Shown piece by piece: positions 36,804 to 46,213 of a stretch of DNA of 64,000 bases. A model generated the notes under the pieces. The model had not been told where the DNA came from. It searched no databases and saw only the letters and a list, made by a program, of their open reading frames with translations. The translations under genes and the position numbers were made by a program. The stretch lies in assembly GCA_002748055.1 (NCBI GenBank), contig PDRI01000095.1, positions 3,081 through 67,080 of the forward strand. The letters are read 5' to 3'. The stretch is from Bacteroidota bacterium. GTDB lineage: Bacteria; Bacteroidota; Bacteroidia; Bacteroidales; GCA-2748055. The first letter of the stretch is position 1; each line of letters begins with the position of its first letter.

Positions 36804-37847
36804 CTACAGCCACTCCAGGTTTTCATTGATCAAATTCTTCTCCTGGAGGTAATTCAGTACCTGCAGCCTGATCAGTCGGGATTCCCGGAAATTGGGATCA
36901 TTGAATTCCATGGCCACAAGATTATCCCTGATCTCGGCAATGGTTGTTTTCAGGTCCCACACGGGCTGGTGGTCGGGAGCTATCGATTTATAGAAATCGA
37001 AATTCACCCTGTAGGAGCGTTTGTCGGGAGCCGCATCGGGATTTACACTTACTTTTACTCCCGGAATCTGTGAAGCAACCGCCTCTGCCAGTGGAGCAAT
37101 CTGGTTATTCCATTCATTGCTACCGGTATTTACAGCAACAAAATTCCCTCCCTGATCTTGTCTTCGAACAACCCCCCACTCAAATGCACGGGCCATGTCC
37201 TTCGTATTGATCATCGGACGCCACGGTGTGCCATCGCTCAGGATCCCGATTTCTTTGTTAACCAGAGCTCCCGCAACAAAATCATTCAGCACCAGGTCCA
37301 GACGCAAACGGTTCGACCAGCCACAGGCTGTAGCAAAACGCAGGCAGGTTACCATGAAATGGTCATCGGCCAATGGCTCCAGATCACGCTCGGCGGCAAC
37401 CTTCGAACGCGCATAGGCGGTAAGGGGATTAAGCTCATCATTCTCTTTCTTCGGATACTCACTGGCAGCACCATACATGCTGCAGCTGGAAGCGTAAACA
37501 AAGCGTTTAACACCATTCTTCTTGCACTTTTTTGCCAGTTCAACAGCCGCCTTGTAATTCACCTCCATGGTAATGTCCTCGTACTTTTTCCCCATCGGAT
37601 CGTTCGAAATCGCTGCGAGGTCGAGAACTGCGTCCACATCTTTCAGAAGGGCTTCGGGAAACTTCCGTATATCCCCAAAAACCTGGCTGTCGAGTTTTAC
37701 CTCGGGAAAGAATGCCGGGTTCGTCAGACTGTGGGCAAAATAACCAATATCAAAACCAATCAATTCTGCATCGGGAAAAGTTGAACGCAATTGCTGGCTT
37801 ACACTTGGGCCGATATAACCCAGATTTCCTGCTATAATAATCTTCAT
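36804..37847 (-). CDS. NAD-dependent epimerase/dehydratase (extended SDR).
   Basis: 347 aa. MKIIIAGNLGYIGPSV (Rossmann), SSCSMYG, YARSK (YxxxK). Confidence 0.8.
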   Translation of the reverse strand: MKIIIAGNLGYIGPSVSQQLRSTFPDAELIGFDIGYFAHSLTNPAFFPEVKLDSQVFGDIRKFPEALLKDVDAVLDLAAISNDPMGKKYEDITMEVNYKAAVELAKKCKKNGVKRFVYASSCSMYGAASEYPKKENDELNPLTAYARSKVAAERDLEPLADDHFMVTCLRFATACGWSNRLRLDLVLNDFVAGALVNKEIGILSDGTPWRPMINTKDMARAFEWGVVRRQDQGGNFVAVNTGSNEWNNQIAPLAEAVASQIPGVKVSVNPDAAPDKRSYRVNFDFYKSIAPDHQPVWDLKTTIAEIRDNLVAMEFNDPNFRESRLIRLQVLNYLQEKNLINENLEWL

Positions 37848-37866
37848 ATCCTTGTGATTTTAGTTG

Positions 37867-38655
37867 TTAATCATTCCATACTTTCCAGGGAGCCTCGCCA
37901 TTCTTCCAGAGGCCGTCCAGGAGGTTTTTGTCTCTAAGGGTATCCATGGGCTGCCAAAAATCGGTATGCTTAAAGGCATTCAGCTGGCCATCTCGTGCCA
38001 GGGCCTCCAGGGGCGCCTTTTCAAAAGAAGTGGAATCCCCCTCAATGTACTTAAAAATACCCGGTTCAAGGACGAAGAAGCCCCCGTTGATCCAGGCCGT
38101 TTCATCGCCGTCTCCCTCCGGTTTTTCCTTAAAGTAATTTATGCTCGATTCGCCGGGTTTCAGATTGAAAACCCCAAAACGACCGTGCTGCCTCACCGAG
38201 GTCAGGGTCGCGAGCTGCCCCATATTCTGATGGTGCATAATCAGCTCGTTAATGTTTACGTTACTGACCCCGTCTCCATAGGTCAGGCAGAAAGTCTCAT
38301 CCTCCACATAGTCCTGTATCCGCTTGATCCGTCCCCCCGTCATGGTCATCTCTCCGGTATCGACCAGGGTAACTTTCCAGGGTTCGGAATGCATAGAGTG
38401 TACCTGCATTTTGTTGTTCTTCATGTCGAAAGTGACATCAGAATTGTGCAGGAAGTAGTTCGAGAAATACTCCTTGATAATGTTGCCTTTATACCCGCAA
38501 CAAATCACAAAATCGTTCAGACCGTAGTGGGAATAAATCTTCATAATGTGCCAGAGAATAGGCCTTCCGCCAATCTCTACCATGGGCTTGGGACGAATAC
38601 CACTTTCTTCACTGATACGCGTACCGAAGCCTCCTGCTAATAATACAACTTTCAT
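37867..38655 (-). CDS. rfbF: Glucose-1-phosphate cytidylyltransferase.
   Basis: [57 protein letters not shown]...[22 protein letters not shown]. Confidence 0.9.
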   Translation of the reverse strand: MKVVLLAGGFGTRISEESGIRPKPMVEIGGRPILWHIMKIYSHYGLNDFVICCGYKGNIIKEYFSNYFLHNSDVTFDMKNNKMQVHSMHSEPWKVTLVDTGEMTMTGGRIKRIQDYVEDETFCLTYGDGVSNVNINELIMHHQNMGQLATLTSVRQHGRFGVFNLKPGESSINYFKEKPEGDGDETAWINGGFFVLEPGIFKYIEGDSTSFEKAPLEALARDGQLNAFKHTDFWQPMDTLRDKNLLDGLWKNGEAPWKVWND

Positions 38656-38659
38656 ATGC

Positions 38660-39742
38660 TCAGTAATTAATCGTTAGGCTTTGAAAAAGATCCAGGGTAT
38701 TGGCCAGCGCAATGTCCAGACCACTTTCCCTCCAATGGGTATCTGTACCATAATAGAGTAGCTCATCGGATTCCATAAAGTCCTCATAAAGCCGAATGAC
38801 GGGCATTCCCCTTTCTTCAAGGCCGGCATACAACCTGGGTAGGAAATCATTATAAGGATCATTATTGATCAGATCGTGATAGATCGTATACTTCGAGGGA
38901 ATGGCCATAAAGACCATTTTCAACTTATAGGTCTCGTATAATTTCTCCGACAAATCCACCATGTTATCACAATAAGTATTGATCTCATCATCGCTGTACT
39001 GGTAATAAAAACTGCCGGGATCGTCTCCGAGCTGGTCGTGGTAAAAAACCCACGGGGTTTCCTCCTCCAGGGTATAGACCGGTGTCATGTCGGTAATATA
39101 GCCAAAGACATCGAATTTCATCGTGGCAGCCATTGAATACAGGTCGCAGGTGAGTACATTTCTCGATAGCAGTGTACTGTACAACGCATCCGTATTGTCC
39201 TGAAATATCACATCCCTGGTATTGGCCAGAGCTTTCCGGACCCCACTCCTCTCGTCTGCCAAATGCCCAAGCTGATGCGGCGTTGTAAATCGGGTAGGAA
39301 TGTAGCGTTCTGCCGATTCAAACAAGAGGATTTTCTCCTCCTCATTGCGGTATTCATTCTCTGCCAGAAGCGTTAAAGGCCTGTCCATCCTGGCATAAAA
39401 GACCCGCTTGTTTAGGCTGTCCGAGAGCCTTTCCGGGAAGGTAGTCATCCGGGTAAAATCGAAGAAACTATCACCAAAAAGCAATACATCGGCCTCCTGC
39501 AGGCTCGGATGCCGGTCGGTAAAACGATACTTCACCGAATACCCGGGAAGGTTCTCTTCCCTGAAATGCTTAATATAATTAAAGTAATACAACTCACCAT
39601 ACTTTGTATTCTCCCAGTATTCGGGAATAATCTTTTCTTTGAGAACGGCATTAAACATGGAGGGTACCCTCACGGCAATAAAAGCATAGAGGCAAATCAC
39701 ACCCGCAACGTAAACCAATATTTTTAATAAGCGCTCACTCAT
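38660..39742 (-). CDS. AlgJ/AlgX-like (DHHW-type) SGNH-fold O-acetyltransferase partner protein.
   Basis: 360 aa. It has an N-terminal membrane anchor, [10 protein letters not shown] and YYGTDTHW (DxHW motif), and lies directly downstream of the MBOAT gene. Confidence 0.65.
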   Translation of the reverse strand: MSERLLKILVYVAGVICLYAFIAVRVPSMFNAVLKEKIIPEYWENTKYGELYYFNYIKHFREENLPGYSVKYRFTDRHPSLQEADVLLFGDSFFDFTRMTTFPERLSDSLNKRVFYARMDRPLTLLAENEYRNEEEKILLFESAERYIPTRFTTPHQLGHLADERSGVRKALANTRDVIFQDNTDALYSTLLSRNVLTCDLYSMAATMKFDVFGYITDMTPVYTLEEETPWVFYHDQLGDDPGSFYYQYSDDEINTYCDNMVDLSEKLYETYKLKMVFMAIPSKYTIYHDLINNDPYNDFLPRLYAGLEERGMPVIRLYEDFMESDELLYYGTDTHWRESGLDIALANTLDLFQSLTINY

Positions 39743-39753
39743 GACTCCTTAGC

Positions 39754-41196
39754 TTAAAACTGAAAATACAGAAAATCGGATCCCTGCCATACACCGAGTA
39801 TCGCAATTGCAATGATCAAAACGGATAAAACCAGCCACTTCACCGGCCTGGATAGATTGGCCTTTAAGCGGGCATACAAACCCGTATACTCTTCCAGGGA
39901 TTCAACCAGCAAGAGAATGCCAATCCCCAGAAAGGCAAGCAGAAAATCGACCCGGAAATGGAAAAGATTTAGCTGTCCGCTTCCAGTAAAACGAAAGGTA
40001 TCCCCAATAATCTGAAAGGCATCATAGGTATTGTTTGCCCGGAAAAAGATCCAGGAAAAATAGACCAGCACAAAAGTAATCAGGATCTGACTGGTCTTAT
40101 ACAGCCCGTTAAATTTCGTAAGGCCGATCCCCTTATTGAACCGATCTCTGAACTTCTTGGTCATGATCGCAAAAACCAGGTAAAACCCATGCAGGGCACC
40201 CCATATCACAAAGGTCCATTCGGCACCGTGCCATAAACCACTTACAAGGAAGGTAATAAAGAGGTTATAGTACCAACGCCATTTCACAACCCTGTTCCCG
40301 CCAAGCGAAATATAGACATAGTCCTGGAACCAGGTCGATAGTGAGATATGCCAGCGTTTCCAGAATTCCCTGATACTCATGGCAAAATAGGGCCTCCTGA
40401 AGTTTGTCATCAGCCGGTAACCCAGAATAAGTGCAGCTCCGATGGCAATATCGGAATACCCCGAAAAGTCGCAGTAAATCTGGAAGGAAAAGAAAAAGGT
40501 AGCGATCATGTTCTGGAAGCCACCATAATCGCCCGGATTATTATAAACGATGTTCACATACTCGGCAAGACGGTCGGCGATGACCACCTTCTTAAAGAAG
40601 CCCCAGACCATCAGAAAAACGCCCTCCTTTACCCGCTCATATTCGAACTTATAGTCCTGACGGAATTGCGGAAGGAGATTTACAGAACGCTCAATTGGTC
40701 CTGCCACAAGCTGTGGGAAAAAGGACACAAAAAGCGCAAAACGTCCAAAATGGTATTCCGGTTCCTGCTTGCGACGATAAATATCAATCGTATAACTCAG
40801 GGTCTGGAAGGTATAAAAGGAGATTCCTACCGGAAGCAGAAAATGATAGGCCGGCACTTCCCTGAAAATATTGAACTGGTCAAAGAAGAAATTCACGGTA
40901 TCGCCAAAAAAATTGAAGTACTTAAAAAAGAACAACAAGCCAAGATTCGTCGTCAGACTTGCCATAAGCAGGAGCTTTCTTGGCGTTTTCTTTTCAAGCT
41001 TGTGCATCAGGATGCCGGCAAAGTAATCTACCACCGTAGAGAACATGATCAGGACGATGTACTTGTAGTTCCAGCACATGTAAAAATAATAGCTGGCAAT
41101 CAACAGCAGAATCCACCTGTACCTGGGATTCATTGCAAAATAAGCTGCTACAACAATGGGGAAGAAAATGAGAAATTCAAGCGAATTAAAGAGCAT
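39754..41196 (-). CDS. MBOAT family O-acyltransferase (AlgI/DltB-like).
   Basis: 480 aa, polytopic. MLFNSLEFLIFFPIVV..., FWKRWHISLSTWFQDYVYISLGGNR, SGLWHGAEW (conserved His). Confidence 0.9.
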   Translation of the reverse strand: MLFNSLEFLIFFPIVVAAYFAMNPRYRWILLLIASYYFYMCWNYKYIVLIMFSTVVDYFAGILMHKLEKKTPRKLLLMASLTTNLGLLFFFKYFNFFGDTVNFFFDQFNIFREVPAYHFLLPVGISFYTFQTLSYTIDIYRRKQEPEYHFGRFALFVSFFPQLVAGPIERSVNLLPQFRQDYKFEYERVKEGVFLMVWGFFKKVVIADRLAEYVNIVYNNPGDYGGFQNMIATFFFSFQIYCDFSGYSDIAIGAALILGYRLMTNFRRPYFAMSIREFWKRWHISLSTWFQDYVYISLGGNRVVKWRWYYNLFITFLVSGLWHGAEWTFVIWGALHGFYLVFAIMTKKFRDRFNKGIGLTKFNGLYKTSQILITFVLVYFSWIFFRANNTYDAFQIIGDTFRFTGSGQLNLFHFRVDFLLAFLGIGILLLVESLEEYTGLYARLKANLSRPVKWLVLSVLIIAIAILGVWQGSDFLYFQF

Positions 41197-41223
41197 AAAA
41201 CCTAGTACTTCAAGATAAAACTT

Positions 41224-43428
41224 TTAATTTCCAGATAGTTGCAGAATTAGTCTGCCGGTTTTCAATATTTTGGTGCATCCCTTTTCGGATAGCCTGTAAA
41301 AGTACATTCCATTTCTGAGGCTGCCGGCCCTTAGATCAATCGACGAGGAAGCCCCGGAGAGTTCCCTTTGCAGGATCACTCGTCCATTCATGTCGATCAA
41401 TTCAAAACTGACAGAACGACCCGGATCTTGGGGCAACTCCACACGTATCAAATCACGCACCGGATTGGGGTAGACCCTCAATGCTTCTGCTTCAAACCGA
41501 TTGCCTGCCGATGTAGATTCAAACACGCGAAGGTTGAAGGACTGGAAGCTGGTGTCAATTCCATCACTTACCCCAAGGGTTACCAGTGTTTGTCCGAGAT
41601 CTGCTTTGGTCGGGGTGCCAATCAGCACCTGTGAAGCGGGGTTGAAATCGAGCCAGTCCGGAATGCTGTAATCGAAATAGACCAGCGGATCGTTTTCATT
41701 GTCGCTGGCTGTTATTCCGTAGCTATAGGTATTCCCTACCTCTGCCGAGTCCTTGGGCACCGATCCGATTTCCGGCGGATAGTTGTAATAAACAACAGCA
41801 AGTTGGAAGGCCTGGGTGGTAGTAGCAATGCCGTCGGAGACCGTAAGCACAATGCTCTCGACCCCGGCCTGATTTCTGGCAGGTGTTCCGCTGACCAGAC
41901 CGGTGGAGGGATGAATCGTCATCCAGCCAGGCTTCTGGTTGGCCCCGTATTGCATCACATCCTCCGGGTCCTGGTCGGAAACAACCAACTGGTAACTATA
42001 GGTGTGCCCCGTCTTAACACTCAGGGGGGGAGATGAGAGGATGATGGGTGGATAGTTCACAACATCCACGCTGATTACCAGGTTATAGACATTCGATTCC
42101 CGCCCATTGGCAATAGCCTTTACCGGAACCTGCAGTTCACCATTAAAACTCAGATCGGGTATAATAGTCTGCCCCTGAACAGTATAGTTCGATCCGTTTC
42201 CGACTATCAGGACCATTCCGGCAGGAGCCTTCTCGTTCTCGACCAGTATGAGGTCAGCTGGTGTAATCGTATGTGTCGCCCCTTCTGCAATCGAAATGTT
42301 TTGCTGACCAATAATCTCGGGAATCCAGTTTACCGTAAAATCCACCAGGCAGGATGAAGACTTCCGGAGAATCTCCAGAACCCTTCCATCATCCGTGGCT
42401 ACAAACTCAATGGTCTCCATTCCGCTCCATTGCTCATTGCGCGGAACAACCGTAGCCACATGGCTCACCGGATCGATGCTCACTGAAAAATGCTCGGGGG
42501 AAGCAGGGGATACTGACCAATCAATGTTGGCAGCAGGTGTTTCCGGATCGGATACATAGGCATCAAGGGAAATGGTCGAAAAAGCCTCTCCCCGATCCGC
42601 ATCCTGGTTCGCAATCTGACTAAGCGTCGGCGTGCTGTTATAATTGTCAATCTCCTCAAACCATAAATCGGCCATCTTGTCGTAGCCGTTCTGGTTGGGA
42701 TGCAGCTCATCCGTCATATCATTAGTATAATCAATGCCTGCCGCACACTCCATATCGACCAGCTCAAGATGGTCGCCCATTGCGATTCTGCTCTGCACCA
42801 GCGATGTCAGATTGTTGTTAAAAGCAACCACACCGGACCGGGTATTGCAAGCATAGCCCTTTTCACTAATAACCTTGGAAACAAAGACCAGCACCGGATT
42901 TCCACTCGACTGCTCATATGTATCTACGGCATCCAGAATAGCTTCCACATGATTCACCCCGGTCTGCCCCTGCTGAATATCATTCGTACCAATATGCAAA
43001 AGAATGATATCGGCCTGGTTCGATGCCGTATTCAGATAGGGGCCCGGGCTGACTACTCCGGTGTGCGAAGAAGTTCCCGTTTCCATCACAGCGGCGAGCT
43101 CCCAGCTGTGAATTCCGGCAAAACCTCCATGATAGGGATCTGACATTACACTTTGTCCACTGCGTTCGCTCCCCACGAAATCGGGATTGTACCCGGCATC
43201 TGCCAACAGGTTATAAAGGTGGTGGCGATAGCCTATTGCACTGGCATCTGCCAGGGGCTGACAGGATCCTATCGCGCCATTCGTGCACCAAACCCCCTTG
43301 GTAATTGAATTTCCAAGTGGCAGAACCTTTAACTGGGCCCGGCTATCAACTGTTGTAAAAGCCAGGAAAAAGACCCAAAGTACAAGGAAAAAAGAAAAGG
43401 CATTTATCGAACGGGGCGATTTCTTCAT
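41224..43428 (-). CDS. Secreted SGNH/GDSL hydrolase fused to Ig-like and dystroglycan-type cadherin-like repeats and a T9SS C-terminal sorting domain.
   Basis: 734 aa with a signal peptide. SGNH blocks: VLPLGNSITKG, LLHIGTNDI, DELHPNQNGYDKMA. Cadherin-like repeats: PGWMTIHPSTGLVSGTPARNQAGVESIVLTVSDG and IPDWLDFNPASQVLIGTPTKADLG. Tail: RVYPNPVRDLIRVEL...GMYFYRL. Confidence 0.85.
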   Translation of the reverse strand: MKKSPRSINAFSFFLVLWVFFLAFTTVDSRAQLKVLPLGNSITKGVWCTNGAIGSCQPLADASAIGYRHHLYNLLADAGYNPDFVGSERSGQSVMSDPYHGGFAGIHSWELAAVMETGTSSHTGVVSPGPYLNTASNQADIILLHIGTNDIQQGQTGVNHVEAILDAVDTYEQSSGNPVLVFVSKVISEKGYACNTRSGVVAFNNNLTSLVQSRIAMGDHLELVDMECAAGIDYTNDMTDELHPNQNGYDKMADLWFEEIDNYNSTPTLSQIANQDADRGEAFSTISLDAYVSDPETPAANIDWSVSPASPEHFSVSIDPVSHVATVVPRNEQWSGMETIEFVATDDGRVLEILRKSSSCLVDFTVNWIPEIIGQQNISIAEGATHTITPADLILVENEKAPAGMVLIVGNGSNYTVQGQTIIPDLSFNGELQVPVKAIANGRESNVYNLVISVDVVNYPPIILSSPPLSVKTGHTYSYQLVVSDQDPEDVMQYGANQKPGWMTIHPSTGLVSGTPARNQAGVESIVLTVSDGIATTTQAFQLAVVYYNYPPEIGSVPKDSAEVGNTYSYGITASDNENDPLVYFDYSIPDWLDFNPASQVLIGTPTKADLGQTLVTLGVSDGIDTSFQSFNLRVFESTSAGNRFEAEALRVYPNPVRDLIRVELPQDPGRSVSFELIDMNGRVILQRELSGASSSIDLRAGSLRNGMYFYRLSEKGCTKILKTGRLILQLSGN

Positions 43429-43460
43429 CTGGGGATAATTATCTGGTCTTTGACGGATAT

Positions 43461-43495
43461 AAAATAGGGTGCCAATCGTTCCGACACCCTATTTT
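43461..43495 (-). terminator. Hairpin terminator or attenuator between two co-oriented T9SS cargo genes.
   Basis: AAAATAGGGTG-n13-CACCCTATTTT is an 11-bp perfect stem. On the minus strand it is followed by TTTTAT. Confidence 0.55.
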
Positions 43496-43517
43496 TCTTT
43501 CATACTTTTCAGCCTCC

Positions 43518-45917
43518 TTATTCAATGATCAGTTTACGCGTTGCATACTGTCCGTTTTCATGAACCCGCAGGAAGTAAACCCCGGATTGCAGATCGGAAA
43601 CATCAAGGCGTATCCTGCCCTCACCCGGATTAAGGGACTTCTGGAAGACAAGTTTACCGGCAATATCTGAAAGCTCGACCCTTTCCGGATTTCCGGTGAA
43701 CTCGGCAAAGATGAAGTCCTTCGCCGGGTTTGGATAAACACGGCTGAGCACAGACTCACCCTTTTCAATTCCATTTGGCCAGTTATGGACTGTAAGAATA
43801 AACTGGTGGTTTACAGAAATCTGCCCATCACTAAGGGTAATCATCACCGTATGCACTCCCACATCGTCCAGTCCGGGGGTACCGCTCAATACCTTGGATC
43901 CCATATCGAAAGTCAACCAGGACGGAATAACTGCCGGAATGTAGGTAATGGGGTCATTCTGGTGATCAACCGCAGTGAGCAGATAGGTATACAGGCTGCC
44001 GCGCATAGCACTGTCGACCGGAGTTGAAAGCACTTCCGGAGCCGTATTGACTGCATTAACCGTGATGGAAAAGTCCTGAAGGGTTTCTACATATCCATCC
44101 GAGACATAAAGTGAAACCGGATTCTGTCCTGCATTTGCTGCTGCAGGTGTACCACTCAGGGTTTGGGTTTCCGGATCAAAGGTCAGCCAGCTGGGCAGCA
44201 CCTTGGCACCATAAGTCAGGACATCGCCATCCTGATCATAGCCAGCCATCACATAGGTGTATTCGCTGTAGTTATCGATCGTAGTAGCCGGGGTTGAGGT
44301 AACCTGCGGAGGATGATTATCGGAGGTTACCGTAATTGTAAATTCATGTATTACAGACAACTGACCATCAGAAATCGTGATGCTCACCAGATGGTCCCCA
44401 ACGTCTTCCCGGGCAGGCTGGCCACTCAGGGTATGGGAAACGGGGTCGAAACTCAACCAGGCCGGAATCGTTGTTGCCTCATAACTCAGGGGATCCTGAT
44501 CCGGATCGGTCGCCAACACCGTATAAACATAGATACTCCCTTCCAGAATAGAGGTAATCGGGTTAGAGCTCACGACAGGGGCGTCATTCACATTGATCAC
44601 CTGAAGTGTGAAATCCTGATAGACTGTCGTAATGCCATCGCTGGCACTCAGCCTTATCGCATGGTTTCCGACATCGCTGTCCTGAGGAGTACCGCTCAGC
44701 ACACCCGTAGAAGCATTAAAGCTCAGAAAATCGGGAATATTCTCATCATTGAGGGTAAGGGGATCGTTTTTGTAGTCACCGGCCTCAAAGGTGTAAGAAT
44801 ACAAATTCTCCTCGGAAACGGTGTCGATGGGTACCGACTTAATAATGGGGAAGTAGTCCTGGGGCTTGCAGTGCATGCGACCATTCAAGCCATCCTGATA
44901 GGCCTCGTTCACTTCAGCGTTGGTCATCGCCTTCCCGTAAACGAAGATATCGTCCATGGCGCCATTCAGGGGATAGAGGTTAGAGGGGTGAGCCGACCAG
45001 TAGCCAATGTCCAGCTGATCGTCCCCGTCTCCTTCAAAACCTGCTGAACCATAATTGAAGCTTTGAGTTGTCTTAGCTCCATTCAGGTACAGGGCAATTA
45101 CCTTGCCGATCCCGTCATAAGTCACAACCAAATGGTTCCACTGGTTATTAATGACAGAGGAATTGCTCCACAATGTGGTGTAATTAGCGGCGGGAACATT
45201 TTTTGGCTTGATCTGCCAGAACGCCTTGTTACCATAAGTGGGTGCAATTCCCGTCAGCCAGAAAAACGTATTATCAGCAACAGTACCGCGGGCCATAAAG
45301 ACCTGGTTGTTGGGGTCACCGAAATTCTCGTAATTGCCCTTGGAATAGAACCAAAGTGAAATCGAAAAGCCTTCATTTGCAGCAAAGTCGTACTGGCCGT
45401 TGTCATTCACACTCATAAAATAGGAATTGGTCCGGGTATCAGGTGTAAAGACCTTTCCACCAGCAACCATGGCTGTGGTATCCTTCAGGCTGGTGGTAGT
45501 CTGCCCGTCATACCCCCCTTTAAAATCTGTTAAATCGCCGTCCAACTGCCAGTAGGAAATAAGGTCGTTATCACAAACAATCTGACCGGCAAGGTAGATG
45601 TAAAACGAGCGAACCGACTCTCCGATCGCATTGCGGGCCTTCACCGTAACGATACCGCCCTGGCTACTGGCGTTGGGAAACCAGCTGATCACTCCTGATG
45701 TAGCGTCGATAGACATGCCCTGAGGGGCATTCACAAGTGAATAAATCTCTGGCGGATCCGCATTCTCGGCATCCACGTCATAGGTAAACCACTGTCCAAG
45801 AATGGCCGTCTGATCGGCTATCGGGCCAATATAGGGTGCCTCAGCAGCAAAAGTAGTGCTGAGGGCAGCAAACAGCAGCAACACTGCCATTAGGTTTGTA
45901 AGGTATTTCTTTCTCAT
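43518..45917 (-). CDS. Secreted adhesin-like protein. Order: signal peptide, one Ig-like repeat, LamG (Laminin_G_3-like) domain, four dystroglycan-type cadherin-like repeats, T9SS C-terminal sorting domain.
   Basis: 799 aa. LamG-like region: FSISLWFYS...WNHLVVTYDG...LYLNG...MDDIFVYGKAMT. Repeats: IPDFLSFNASTGVLSGTPQDSDVGNH, IPAWLSFDPVSHTLSGQPAREDVGDH, LPSWLTFDPETQTLSGTPAAANAG, IPSWLTFDMGSKVLSGTPGLDDVG. Tail: RVYPNPAKDFIFAEF...GVYFLRVHENG. Confidence 0.85.
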   Translation of the reverse strand: MRKKYLTNLMAVLLLFAALSTTFAAEAPYIGPIADQTAILGQWFTYDVDAENADPPEIYSLVNAPQGMSIDATSGVISWFPNASSQGGIVTVKARNAIGESVRSFYIYLAGQIVCDNDLISYWQLDGDLTDFKGGYDGQTTTSLKDTTAMVAGGKVFTPDTRTNSYFMSVNDNGQYDFAANEGFSISLWFYSKGNYENFGDPNNQVFMARGTVADNTFFWLTGIAPTYGNKAFWQIKPKNVPAANYTTLWSNSSVINNQWNHLVVTYDGIGKVIALYLNGAKTTQSFNYGSAGFEGDGDDQLDIGYWSAHPSNLYPLNGAMDDIFVYGKAMTNAEVNEAYQDGLNGRMHCKPQDYFPIIKSVPIDTVSEENLYSYTFEAGDYKNDPLTLNDENIPDFLSFNASTGVLSGTPQDSDVGNHAIRLSASDGITTVYQDFTLQVINVNDAPVVSSNPITSILEGSIYVYTVLATDPDQDPLSYEATTIPAWLSFDPVSHTLSGQPAREDVGDHLVSITISDGQLSVIHEFTITVTSDNHPPQVTSTPATTIDNYSEYTYVMAGYDQDGDVLTYGAKVLPSWLTFDPETQTLSGTPAAANAGQNPVSLYVSDGYVETLQDFSITVNAVNTAPEVLSTPVDSAMRGSLYTYLLTAVDHQNDPITYIPAVIPSWLTFDMGSKVLSGTPGLDDVGVHTVMITLSDGQISVNHQFILTVHNWPNGIEKGESVLSRVYPNPAKDFIFAEFTGNPERVELSDIAGKLVFQKSLNPGEGRIRLDVSDLQSGVYFLRVHENGQYATRKLIIE

Positions 45918-46213
45918 AGCAAATAATTGTTTTTGTAATTGACTGTAATCTCTTACGGAAATCTTTCAAGAAGGTTTGTAAATCGTAAATAAATATTTTA
46001 ACACTAACATCTAAGGCTCACTACTTAAATACCTAAAGATAAAGATTTGGGTTGCAGCTTGCCTTCTCATTTTGACCGGCTTGCGGTATTCGATGACATC
46101 CCGGCTCAATTGCTTTCACCCTGATGGCAAAGTGCCAAGCACTAAAAAACAGCCATTCGTCCAGCGGGAATCGCCATTGGTCACAAGATAATACAATTCT
46201 AACACTCCCAAAA

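Noticed and set aside
37864-38640. 258-aa plus-strand ORF.
   Set aside because: It is antisense to rfbF, whose product matches the cytidylyltransferase family end to end. It is a shadow ORF.
40348-41205. 285-aa plus-strand ORF.
   Set aside because: It is antisense to the MBOAT gene. Its K/E/R-rich translation is typical of the reverse frame of a hydrophobic membrane protein.
44313-45047. 244-aa plus-strand ORF (and 45063..45359).
   Set aside because: It is antisense to the cadherin-like/LamG T9SS cargo gene, which has a signal peptide, repeats and a sorting domain.
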